Positions 17,897-25,889 of a stretch of DNA of 64,000 bases are shown piece by piece (position 1 is the stretch's first letter; each line of letters begins with the position of its first letter). The notes below the pieces were generated by a model. The model made no database searches and was not told the DNA's origin. It saw only the letters and a list, made by a program, of their open reading frames with translations. The position numbers and the translations under genes were made by a program. Source of the DNA: Dehalococcoidales bacterium (GTDB lineage: Bacteria; Chloroflexota; Dehalococcoidia; Dehalococcoidales; RBG-16-60-22); contig JAFGHK010000059.1 of NCBI GenBank assembly GCA_016930185.1, positions 9,251 to 73,250 on the forward strand. The letters run 5' to 3'.

Positions 17897-18877
17897 ATGA
17901 AAGTTTATCTTGGTATTGACGTAGGTTCGGTCACGGTCAAGTTCGCGGCCCTCGATGAGGCTGATGAACTGCTGGCCGGGCTTTATTTGCCTGCCGCAGG
18001 CCGACCTGTAGCTGTAATCCAGCAGGGACTAGGTGAGATTGGCCGCAGGTTACCTTCGGACATTGAAATCAAGGGGGTGGCTACTACCGGCAGTGCGCGC
18101 TACCTGGCCGGGGCCATCGTCGGCGCTGATATTGTTAAAAATGAAATTACCTGTCAGGCAGTAGCGGCCGTTCGGGCTGTCCCGGATGTAAAGACCGTTA
18201 TCGAAATCGGCGGGCAGGATAGCAAACTCATTATCATCCGCGACGGCATGGTGGAGGATTTTGCTATGAACACGGTATGCGCCGCCGGTACCGGCAGCTT
18301 CCTCGACCACCAGGCGGCGCGCCTGAACATGGATATTCAAGAGTTCTCGCGCCGGGCGTCCGCAGGCGAGGATAAAGTACACATCTCTGGCCGCTGCACT
18401 GTTTTCGCCGAGTCGGACATGGTTCATAAGCAGCAGATGGGGCATAATGTCGACGATATTATTTACGGACTCTGCCGTACACTGGTACGGAATTACTTGA
18501 GCGATGTCGGCTCGGGCAAGGATATCAGCCCGCCGGTGGTATTCCAGGGCGGCGTCGCTTTTAATAAGGGCATTATCCGGACACTGCGGGAAGAGCTGAA
18601 AATGGATATTATTGTGCTTCCCCACCATGAGCTCACGGGGGCTATCGGCGCTGCGCTGCTGGCCCATGAAGCGGCAAACCGGACAGCGGGTGACTGCCGC
18701 TTCCGCGGCTTTGAAATTAGCGACGCTGAATATGAAACCTCCTCATTCGAGTGCCATGCCTGTCCTATGTCCTGTGAGATAGTCAGGATTTCACAGCAGG
18801 GAAATGTTATCGCGTCGTGGGGAGGCCAGTGCGATATGTGGGAGGCTGTTGCCCCCGGCATAAAGGAGAGTAGTTGA
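17897..18877 (+). CDS. BadF/BadG/BcrA/BcrD-type ATPase (acyl-CoA dehydratase activase-like) with C-terminal Cys motif
   Basis: GIDVGSVTVK phosphate-1 motif, EIGGQDSK, and NTVCAAGTGSFLD typical of the activase family. The C-terminus carries CHACPMSCE...GGQCDMW. Confidence 0.7.
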   Translation: MKVYLGIDVGSVTVKFAALDEADELLAGLYLPAAGRPVAVIQQGLGEIGRRLPSDIEIKGVATTGSARYLAGAIVGADIVKNEITCQAVAAVRAVPDVKTVIEIGGQDSKLIIIRDGMVEDFAMNTVCAAGTGSFLDHQAARLNMDIQEFSRRASAGEDKVHISGRCTVFAESDMVHKQQMGHNVDDIIYGLCRTLVRNYLSDVGSGKDISPPVVFQGGVAFNKGIIRTLREELKMDIIVLPHHELTGAIGAALLAHEAANRTAGDCRFRGFEISDAEYETSSFECHACPMSCEIVRISQQGNVIASWGGQCDMWEAVAPGIKESS

Positions 18878-19881
18878 AGACTGTCAAAATCGCCCTCGAT
18901 GCCGCCGGCGGTGATTACGCGCCGCACGAGATGGTCAAGGGCGCTATTAAAGGTGTACAGGAATATGGTGTGGAAATCGTCCTGGTGGGCAGGAAAAACG
19001 TGCTCCGAAAGCTGCTGGAAAAGTCGCCCGTTAAAGGCGGCATTTCCATCGTTGATGCCACGGAGGTCATCGACTTTAATGAGCACCCCATCAGGTCGCT
19101 TCAAAACAAGCCGAATTCATCGATTGTTATAGGCATTAACTTGCTGAAGAGGGGTGATGCCTCGGCTTTTATTTCGGCCGGGAATACCGGCGCCGTCGTA
19201 GCTTCCTCTCTGCTTACTCTGGGCAAGGCTAACAGCATCAGCCGACCGGCCATCGGTTGCTTCCTTGATGTCTTAACCTCCCGGCCTTCGCTGCTGGTGG
19301 ATGCCGGGGCCAACTCTGATTGCCGTCCGGAGCATTTACTTGAGTTCGCCCGCCTCGGCACTCTCTTCAGCAAGTATATTCTTGATATACCCTTCCCCAA
19401 GGTCGGGCTTTTAAGTAACGGTATGGAGGAAGGCAAGGGGAACCGCTTGACCCAGGAGACCTTCCAGCTTTTAAAAGACGCCAAGAATATTACCTTCATC
19501 GGCAATATTGAAGGACATGATATTTCCCGTAATACTGCTGATGTCATTGTAACCGATGGCTTTACCGGTAATATTGTGCTTAAGACCATCGAAGGTTCAA
19601 ATGATAATTTCCTGAATTCCATGCGGGAGTTGGGGCACGTCTTTTCCAGCGTTTCCCGTCTAAAGACGCGTGAGCTTTTAAAAGAGATTGGGCTTGGCTC
19701 CTGGACTAAGAAGCTGGATTTCAGCGAATATGGTGGTGCCTGTTTGCTCGGGATTAACGGCAATGTCATTATCGCCCATGGTCGCAGCAAGGCCAGGGCT
19801 GTGAAAAACGCTATCGGCCTGGCTAAGGAGACCGTAGAGCGGGGTATAACCGAAAAACTTAAAGAGGAGAGTCATGAGTAA
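18874..19881 (+). CDS. plsX: phosphate acyltransferase PlsX
   Basis: KIALDAAGGDYAP N-terminus, GNTGA and TDGFTGN motifs. The TTG start overlaps the upstream stop by 4 nt. Confidence 0.93.
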   Translation: MKTVKIALDAAGGDYAPHEMVKGAIKGVQEYGVEIVLVGRKNVLRKLLEKSPVKGGISIVDATEVIDFNEHPIRSLQNKPNSSIVIGINLLKRGDASAFISAGNTGAVVASSLLTLGKANSISRPAIGCFLDVLTSRPSLLVDAGANSDCRPEHLLEFARLGTLFSKYILDIPFPKVGLLSNGMEEGKGNRLTQETFQLLKDAKNITFIGNIEGHDISRNTADVIVTDGFTGNIVLKTIEGSNDNFLNSMRELGHVFSSVSRLKTRELLKEIGLGSWTKKLDFSEYGGACLLGINGNVIIAHGRSKARAVKNAIGLAKETVERGITEKLKEESHE

Positions 19882-20206
19882 ATCAGAGGAAGTCACTGAT
19901 GCAAAATTTGATGAAATGGTCCTGAAGGCCAAGACGCCGGTACTGGTCGATTTCTGGGCGCCGTGGTGTGGGCCATGCAAGATGATCGAGCCGATAGTCG
20001 AGGCATTGGCTGGTGAATATGAGGGAAAAGTATCTTTTATGAGGATGAACGTCGATGATAGTCCGAATACTGCACAGCAGTATGGTGTGATGAGCATTCC
20101 CACCTTAATGGTATTTAAAAACGGGCAGCCGGTTTCCAATATCGTCGGGTTCCGTCCCAAACCGGAACTTAGCAAAGTTCTTGATAAAGCCTTGGCAGGC
20201 GGGTAA
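19874..20206 (+). CDS. trxA: thioredoxin
   Basis: WAPWCGPCK active site. The start overlaps the plsX stop by 8 nt. Confidence 0.95.
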   Translation: MSKSEEVTDAKFDEMVLKAKTPVLVDFWAPWCGPCKMIEPIVEALAGEYEGKVSFMRMNVDDSPNTAQQYGVMSIPTLMVFKNGQPVSNIVGFRPKPELSKVLDKALAGG

Positions 20207-20211
20207 TAGAT

Positions 20212-21141
20212 ATGGCTGGACCGAAGAAAAATAAATATGATGTCATCATCATCGGCGGGGGACCGGCCGGTTTAAGCGCCGGCATTTACACTGCCCGAGC
20301 CCGTTTGTCCACACTCCTTATTGAAAAGGGTGGTATCGGCGGACAGATAATCAATTCCGAGATGGTGGAAAATTACCCGGGTTTTACCAACGGCATTGGT
20401 GGTATCGACCTTACCCAGGCAATGCACCAGCAGGCCACGAAATTCGGCATGGAAACGATTTACGATGAGGTCACCGGAATCAAGGTAGCCGGAAAGCAGA
20501 AAACGGTAACGACCGCCCAGGGTAAGTTTACCGCCACGGCAGTCATCATTGCCGGAGGTGCGGTACGCCAGAAGCTGGGCGTGCCCGGTGAAGCGGAGTT
20601 TACCGGCAAAGGCGTGTCTTACTGCGCCACCTGCGACGGCGCTTTCTTCCGTGATAAAACGGTGGCTGTGGTCGGGGGTGGCAATGCAGCGACGACGGAA
20701 GCCCTGGAACTTACCAAGTTCGCTAAGAAGGTTGTCATCATACATCGCCGCAACGAACTGCGGGCTACCCAAATCATGCAGGAAAGGGTAAAGTCTCATC
20801 CCAAGATAAAAATATCCTGGGACACGGTGGTGCTGGAGATACTGGGAGACAAAGCCGTGGAAAAATTGAAACTGCAGAATGTCAAGACTAAAAAAGAAAC
20901 ATTGCTTCCCGTGTCCGGCGTGTTTGTTTCCGTGGGCTCGCAGCCAGCTACCGGTTATCTTAAGGGAGTGCTGAAACTGGACGCGGTAGGGGCTATTGTA
21001 ACCGATGAAAAACTGGAGGCCGGCGTGCCGGGTATTTTTGCCACCGGGGATATCCGCAGCGGCTCCATAAGGCAGGTTGTCAGCGCCGCCGGCGATGGTG
21101 CTGTCGCCGCTGTTAACGCCGGTAAATACATCAGCGAATAA
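20212..21141 (+). CDS. trxB: thioredoxin-disulfide reductase
   Basis: FAD motif IIIGGGPAG, redox CATCDG, and NADPH motif VVGGGNAA. Confidence 0.95.
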   Translation: MAGPKKNKYDVIIIGGGPAGLSAGIYTARARLSTLLIEKGGIGGQIINSEMVENYPGFTNGIGGIDLTQAMHQQATKFGMETIYDEVTGIKVAGKQKTVTTAQGKFTATAVIIAGGAVRQKLGVPGEAEFTGKGVSYCATCDGAFFRDKTVAVVGGGNAATTEALELTKFAKKVVIIHRRNELRATQIMQERVKSHPKIKISWDTVVLEILGDKAVEKLKLQNVKTKKETLLPVSGVFVSVGSQPATGYLKGVLKLDAVGAIVTDEKLEAGVPGIFATGDIRSGSIRQVVSAAGDGAVAAVNAGKYISE

Positions 21142-21255
21142 TAATCGGACTTAAGAAAAAATTTTTCCTGTTTTTTATTTCTCCCGTTTAAGATAATTTG
21201 ACGGAAACCCTTTGTAAGTTGTTAAATAACTTGTCGTCTAGAAAAGGAGCAAAAC

Positions 21256-22053
21256 GTGAAGGTAATTTTCATTGCGGATGTCCCTAATGTCGCCATGGCG
21301 GGCCAGACCAAGGAGGTCGCCAACGGCTACGCGCGCAACTTCCTCTTTCCCCGCAAGCTGGCGGTCCTGGCCAATTCGCAGGCAGCGGCCACGGTAGAGT
21401 CGCATCTGAAAAAAGTATTGAAGCAGCGCGCCATTGAAGAAGCCGAAATGGCTGAACTGGCTAAAAAGCTTGAAGGCGTGGCAATTACACTTAAAGCCAA
21501 GGTCGGCGAGAAAGACAAGCTCTACGGTTCGGTCACCGTCGCTGATATCGCCGAAGCCTTAAGTAAAGAAATCAGCCGTGAAATAGATAGAAAGAAAATA
21601 GACCTCGCCGAGCCGATTCGTCAGGTGGGTGTCTATGATTTAGTGGTTAGATTCACCCATGATATTACCGCCGGAGTTGTCGTCACCGTCATGTCCGATG
21701 CCGAGGGCGCGGAAATACCGGTGAGAGCTGAAGAAGCTGTTATTCCGGAAGAAGAGATGAAGGAAAAGAAAGCCAAGGCAGAGAAGAAAGAGAAAAAGGC
21801 CAAGAAAGCAAAAGCGCCTAAAGAAGCTAAGGAAGAGAAACCTGCTGCGACAGAAGAAGCGGAAAAACCGGCTAAGGAAAAGAAAGCTAAAGCTGCCAAA
21901 GAAGAAAAACCGGCTAGGGAAAAGAAAGCAAAGGCCGCCAAAGCTGAAAAACCGGCTGCAGAAGAAAAGCCCGATAAAAAAGAGAAGAAAGAAAAGAAAC
22001 CGAAAGCAAAGGCTAAAAAAGCGAAAGAAGCAGAAGAGGAAAAGAAGGAATAG
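21256..22053 (+). CDS. rplI: 50S ribosomal protein L9 with ~115-aa Lys/Ala/Glu-rich C-terminal extension
   Basis: MKVIFIADVPNVAMAGQTKEVANGYARNFLFPRKLAV is a typical L9 N-domain. GTG start after AAAGGAG. From about aa 150 the sequence is a KEKKAKA-type tail. Confidence 0.9.
   Translation: MKVIFIADVPNVAMAGQTKEVANGYARNFLFPRKLAVLANSQAAATVESHLKKVLKQRAIEEAEMAELAKKLEGVAITLKAKVGEKDKLYGSVTVADIAEALSKEISREIDRKKIDLAEPIRQVGVYDLVVRFTHDITAGVVVTVMSDAEGAEIPVRAEEAVIPEEEMKEKKAKAEKKEKKAKKAKAPKEAKEEKPAATEEAEKPAKEKKAKAAKEEKPAREKKAKAAKAEKPAAEEKPDKKEKKEKKPKAKAKKAKEAEEEKKE
21862..21960. repeat. 42-bp tandem repeat (about 2.4 copies) inside the rplI tail
   Basis: GAAAAACCGGCTAAGGAAAAGAAAGCTAAAGCTGCCAAAGAA, then a near-identical unit at 21904-21945, then a partial third from 21946. 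Confidence 0.85.
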
Positions 22054-22059
22054 CCTGAA

Positions 22060-23442
22060 GTGAATGAAGCAAGGCTCCCGCCCAATGATAATGACGCCGA
22101 AGAAGCGGTCATCGGTTCGCTGCTGATTGACGGTGCTTCCATTTTCCAGGTAGCCGACTTTTTACAGGCGTCGGATTTCTATTTCGAGCAGAACCGCCTG
22201 CTTTACGATGCTGCCATGGCGCTTTACCAGCGCGATGAGGCTATCGACCAGGTCACTCTGGCGCAGGAGCTTTCACGAACCGGCAAACTGGAGACCTGCG
22301 GCGGCGCCGCACGTTTGAGCTACCTCATATCCGTCTGCCCCACCTCCCTGGATATCGAGCATTATGCCCGTATCGTTTACCGCCTGTCTGTGATGCGCCA
22401 GCTGATAACCGCCGGCGACCGCATTTCTGCCATCGGTTATGAGTCTGCCCCTGATGTTGAGGAAAGTCTTGCCAAAGCCGAGGGTATCTTGTTCCGTTTG
22501 CGCCGCGGCGGCTCTGTTAACGACCTTACCCATATCCGCGAGGTGCTGGATAAATATTTTGAAGTTGCCCCGCCTTCCTCCGAGGAGCGCCCCGAGCAAC
22601 TGCCCTTCGTGCTTTCCGGTTTCGCCGGACTTGATGAGTTCCTTAACGGGTTCCAGCGGTCCGACCTTATTATTATTGCCGGTCGCCCCAGCATGGGCAA
22701 GACCAGCCTGGCTTTAAATATCGCCCGCAATGCCGCCGTCGAGCACCGGGCTACCGTTGCCCTCTTCAGTCTGGAAATGAGTCGCGATTCCCTGGTCACG
22801 CGTCTCGTCTCCAGCGAATCTAGCGTCAATGCCCGTCGTATTCGCTTCGGAGAGCATAAGACCGAGGAAGAAGAGAAGAAAGTCATGGAAGCTACCGGTG
22901 TTCTCTCGGAAGCCCCCATTTACGTTGATGATACGCCGATGATTCGTATGGCGGAAATGCGCTCCAAGGCCCTACGTCTTAATTACGAGCGCGGTATCGA
23001 CCTTGTTATCCTTGACTATCTCCAGTTAATGCAGGGGGAAGGCACCAGCCGCGGCGAAAACCGCGTCCAGGAAATCAGCTTGATCTCCCGGTCCCTCAAA
23101 GCGCTGGCCCGTGAAATCAATGCGCCGGTCATAGGAGTCTCCCAGCTTAGCCGCGCTGTAGAGTGGCGGGCCTCTCACGAGCCCCAGCTCTCCGACCTCC
23201 GTGAAAGCGGCAGTATCGAGCAGGATGCCGATGTCGTTCTCTTTATCTACCGCGATGAATATTATTACAAGAGCGAGGAAGAGTGGATAGCCGCCCACCC
23301 CGACCGTGAATACCCGCGTGAGGAAGCCGATGTTATCATCGCCAAGCACCGCAACGGGCCTACCGGCCGGGTTAAGATGCGCTTCCGCCATAACCTGGCT
23401 AAATTCGAGACTCTGGGCAGCGTGGAGCCGACTCTGCTATGA
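22060..23442 (+). CDS. dnaB: replicative DNA helicase DnaB
   Basis: LPPNDNDAEEAVIGSLL N-terminus, Walker A GRPSMGKT, Walker B LVILDYLQLM, and SQLSR. Confidence 0.95.
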   Translation: MNEARLPPNDNDAEEAVIGSLLIDGASIFQVADFLQASDFYFEQNRLLYDAAMALYQRDEAIDQVTLAQELSRTGKLETCGGAARLSYLISVCPTSLDIEHYARIVYRLSVMRQLITAGDRISAIGYESAPDVEESLAKAEGILFRLRRGGSVNDLTHIREVLDKYFEVAPPSSEERPEQLPFVLSGFAGLDEFLNGFQRSDLIIIAGRPSMGKTSLALNIARNAAVEHRATVALFSLEMSRDSLVTRLVSSESSVNARRIRFGEHKTEEEEKKVMEATGVLSEAPIYVDDTPMIRMAEMRSKALRLNYERGIDLVILDYLQLMQGEGTSRGENRVQEISLISRSLKALAREINAPVIGVSQLSRAVEWRASHEPQLSDLRESGSIEQDADVVLFIYRDEYYYKSEEEWIAAHPDREYPREEADVIIAKHRNGPTGRVKMRFRHNLAKFETLGSVEPTLL

Positions 23443-24146
23443 TGCAATTTCAGGGTTTTCCGTCCGGCGGCAAAGTCAAATATACAGCGGTGCCTGATGT
23501 CTTTTTCAGCGCCGTTTTGCCCCATATCACCGATATCAACGAACTGAAAGTAACGCTGCACCTGATGGCGGCGCTTTATAGTCGTAAGGGCTACCCCCGT
23601 TTTCTCCGTTACAGTGAGTTAAAGGGCGACGCCGTCATGATGCAGGGTCTCAAAGGCTCGGAGGAAGCGTTACAGGATGCTTTGAAAAAGGCCATCGAGC
23701 GCGGCACCATATTGAGCTTAGCCGTAGAAAAGGAAAAAGTATCTGAAGACATTTATTTTCTTAATGATGTGCCCGGCCGCCAGGCTGTGGATAAAATAAA
23801 GAGCGGCGAACTTGAGCTGGCCGGACTCAAAGCAGGGGAGTCCGTACCTGGCCCTTCGGAGCCACTGCCTGATATTTTTACCCTCTACGAGCAGAATATC
23901 GGCATGCTGACGCCCATGATTGCCGACGAGATCCGCGACGCTGAAAAGCTTTACCCGGAAAGCTGGATTCGGGATGCCGTTAAAGAGGCGGTTTTACATA
24001 ACAAACGTAATATTAAATATATCTCCAGGATTTTACAAAACTGGTCGATAGAAGGTCGCAGCGATGGAACATATCAGCGAGATTCTAAAGCGACAGGGCC
24101 GGACAAATACATCAAAGGAAAATACGGACACATGGTCCGGCGCTGA
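23439..24146 (+). CDS. DnaD-domain replication initiation/primosome protein
   Basis: The C-terminal LYEQNIGMLTPMIADEIRDAEKLYPESWIRDAVKEAVLHNKRNIKYISRILQNW matches the DnaD/DnaB_2 repeat pattern. The start overlaps the dnaB stop (ATGA). Confidence 0.7.
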   Translation: MMQFQGFPSGGKVKYTAVPDVFFSAVLPHITDINELKVTLHLMAALYSRKGYPRFLRYSELKGDAVMMQGLKGSEEALQDALKKAIERGTILSLAVEKEKVSEDIYFLNDVPGRQAVDKIKSGELELAGLKAGESVPGPSEPLPDIFTLYEQNIGMLTPMIADEIRDAEKLYPESWIRDAVKEAVLHNKRNIKYISRILQNWSIEGRSDGTYQRDSKATGPDKYIKGKYGHMVRR

Positions 24147-25476
24147 AGAAGCGTCCTCGAACGGCCCCGACTGCCCAATCTGCAGGGGCGCCCGTGTCGT
24201 CCATCCCCGTTTGCCTTCGGGGCAGGTGGACTACAGTCGGGTTGTTCCCTGCAGCTGTGTTAAAAACAAGCAGGAAGGTGACCGCTACTCGCGACTCAAG
24301 CAGTACAGTAATCTTGGCGCTCTGGAACGTTTTACCTTTGAAAATCTTATGCCGGAAGGTCGCAGCAGCAGCCCCCAGAAACAGGAGAGTTTTTCCCGCG
24401 CCTTCCAGGCAGCCAAAGCCTTTGCCGATACGCCGGAAGGCTGGCTGGTGTTCAGCGGCCCCAGCGGCAGCGGCAAGACCCACCTGGCGGCGGCCATCGT
24501 CAATGAATCTATCGAAAAAGGCCAGCCTGCCTTTTATATCAGCACACCCGATTTACTGGATAGATTGCGCGCCTCTTTTGACGCCGATAGCGAGACCCCC
24601 TACGATGAGTTTTTCGAGCAGGTAAAGAATACCCCTCTCCTCGCTTTGGACGACCTCGGTGTGCAGTCTGCCACCCCCTGGGCTAAAGAGAAACTCGACC
24701 AGTTGCTGACGGCGCGCTTTAACGCCAGCCTGCCTACGGTTATCGTGACCGCCGTGGCGCTGGAAGACCTTGATGACCGACTGCGTACCCGCCTCACCGA
24801 TGCCCGTTTGGCCCACGTTTTTGTCCTTGAGGAAAAATCGCCGGCCTCTATCTACGCCTGGTCGCCGGAGTTCGACCTCCAGAAGAACATGACCTTTATC
24901 AATTATAAGCGCCGCACTGATTTGTCTATGGAGCAGCAGGACAACATGGACGCCGCTTACCGTCTGGCCTTCGATTTTGCCAAGAACCCGGAAGGCTGGC
25001 TGGTCTTAATGGGGGAGACCGGCTGCGGCAAGACGCACCTGGCCTCCGCCATCGTCAACTACTGCTATGAACAGGGTAAACCGGCATTATTCGTCGTCGT
25101 CCCTGATTTCCTCGACCATCTTCGTTCCGCCTTCAACCCGGAAAGCAAGGTCTCTTACGACCGACTTTTTGAAAGCGTTAAGACCGCTCCTTTGCTCGTG
25201 TTGGACGACTTCGGTGAGCAGACAACCAACCCGTGGGTGAAGGAAAAGCTTTATCAGCTTATTAACTACCGCTATAACAGCCGCCTCCCCACCGTTATCA
25301 CCACGCGTCTTTCCCTTGATGAGATAATGGGGGAAGTCGATAGCTCTATAAGCTCTCGCCTCGTCGATAGAAAAATAAGCGTGACTTTTAATATAATAGC
25401 CCCCGACTTCCGCACCGATAGGAAGTCAACCTCCCGGCGGACTTCATCGCGGGGTAAGACCTCCCGCAACCGCTAA
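24064..25476 (+). CDS. DnaC/DnaI-like helicase loader with N-terminal Zn-ribbon and two tandem AAA+ modules
   Basis: CPICRG..CSC, then two modules. Module 1 has GWLVFSGPSGSGKTHLAAAIVN...LLALDDLG. Module 2 has GWLVLMGETGCGKTHLASAIVN...LLVLDDFG. It overlaps the dnaD-like gene by 83 nt. Confidence 0.8.
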   Translation: MEHISEILKRQGRTNTSKENTDTWSGAEEASSNGPDCPICRGARVVHPRLPSGQVDYSRVVPCSCVKNKQEGDRYSRLKQYSNLGALERFTFENLMPEGRSSSPQKQESFSRAFQAAKAFADTPEGWLVFSGPSGSGKTHLAAAIVNESIEKGQPAFYISTPDLLDRLRASFDADSETPYDEFFEQVKNTPLLALDDLGVQSATPWAKEKLDQLLTARFNASLPTVIVTAVALEDLDDRLRTRLTDARLAHVFVLEEKSPASIYAWSPEFDLQKNMTFINYKRRTDLSMEQQDNMDAAYRLAFDFAKNPEGWLVLMGETGCGKTHLASAIVNYCYEQGKPALFVVVPDFLDHLRSAFNPESKVSYDRLFESVKTAPLLVLDDFGEQTTNPWVKEKLYQLINYRYNSRLPTVITTRLSLDEIMGEVDSSISSRLVDRKISVTFNIIAPDFRTDRKSTSRRTSSRGKTSRNR

Positions 25477-25495
25477 CCCTTTCCTCTGTCATGCT

Positions 25496-25536
25496 GGAGT
25501 CCCGATTTATCGGGACGAAGCATCTCCGGGCAGGGA
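25496..25536. repeat. REP-like hairpin, family B copy 2
   Basis: CTGTCATGCTGGAGTCCCG-atttatc-GGGACGAAGCATCTC, 20 nt after the loader gene stop. Confidence 0.8.
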
Positions 25537-25564
25537 GGCGTTCCTATCCCCTATCCGTCATTCC

Positions 25565-25617
25565 CAACCCGCCTGTCCCGTACTTCAGTCGGGGATTGGG
25601 AATCCAGCCCCCTCCCC
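25565..25617. repeat. REP-like hairpin, family A copy 2 (expanded loop)
   Basis: CCGTCATTCCCAAC...ATTGGGAATCCAG, the same arms as 364-393. Confidence 0.75.
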
Positions 25618-25726
25618 CCGCGACAAAATCCCCTTCCCTTTCTCCCCCTAACCCCCTATACTATTAACTGAGTACTGTGAACTGTAAACTATTTAACAAA
25701 AAAAAATAGAAAAATAAATACTTTTC

Positions 25727-25866
25727 ACGGAACGAATCGAGGCTAAAACGGTAAAACAAACAAAAATTTAACGGAACGAATCGAGTCTGAAAATAATCGT
25801 TATTCCTCGTTCTAAAGCTAAAATAAAAAAATTTAAAAATACCCTTTTTACAAAACGAATGACGAG
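25727..25866. repeat. dispersed direct repeats ACGGAACGAATCGAG in an AT-rich convergent spacer
   Basis: Exact 15-mers at 25727-25741 and 25771-25785 (44-bp period). There is a degenerate copy ACAAAACGAATGACGAG at 25850-25866 and a degenerate inverted copy around 25794-25812. Confidence 0.7.
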
Positions 25867-25889
25867 TAATTTTCATAAATCTTTGTTTT

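Noticed and set aside
21633-22142. 169-aa antisense ORF across the rplI tail
   Set aside because: It is a mirror-image low-complexity frame (Ser/Ala/Phe-rich) produced by the K/E/A repeats on the sense strand.
25727-25866. Possible miniature CRISPR array
   Set aside because: There are only two exact 15-bp copies plus degenerate ones. The repeats are too short, the spacing is irregular beyond the first pair, and no cas genes or leader-like structure are present.
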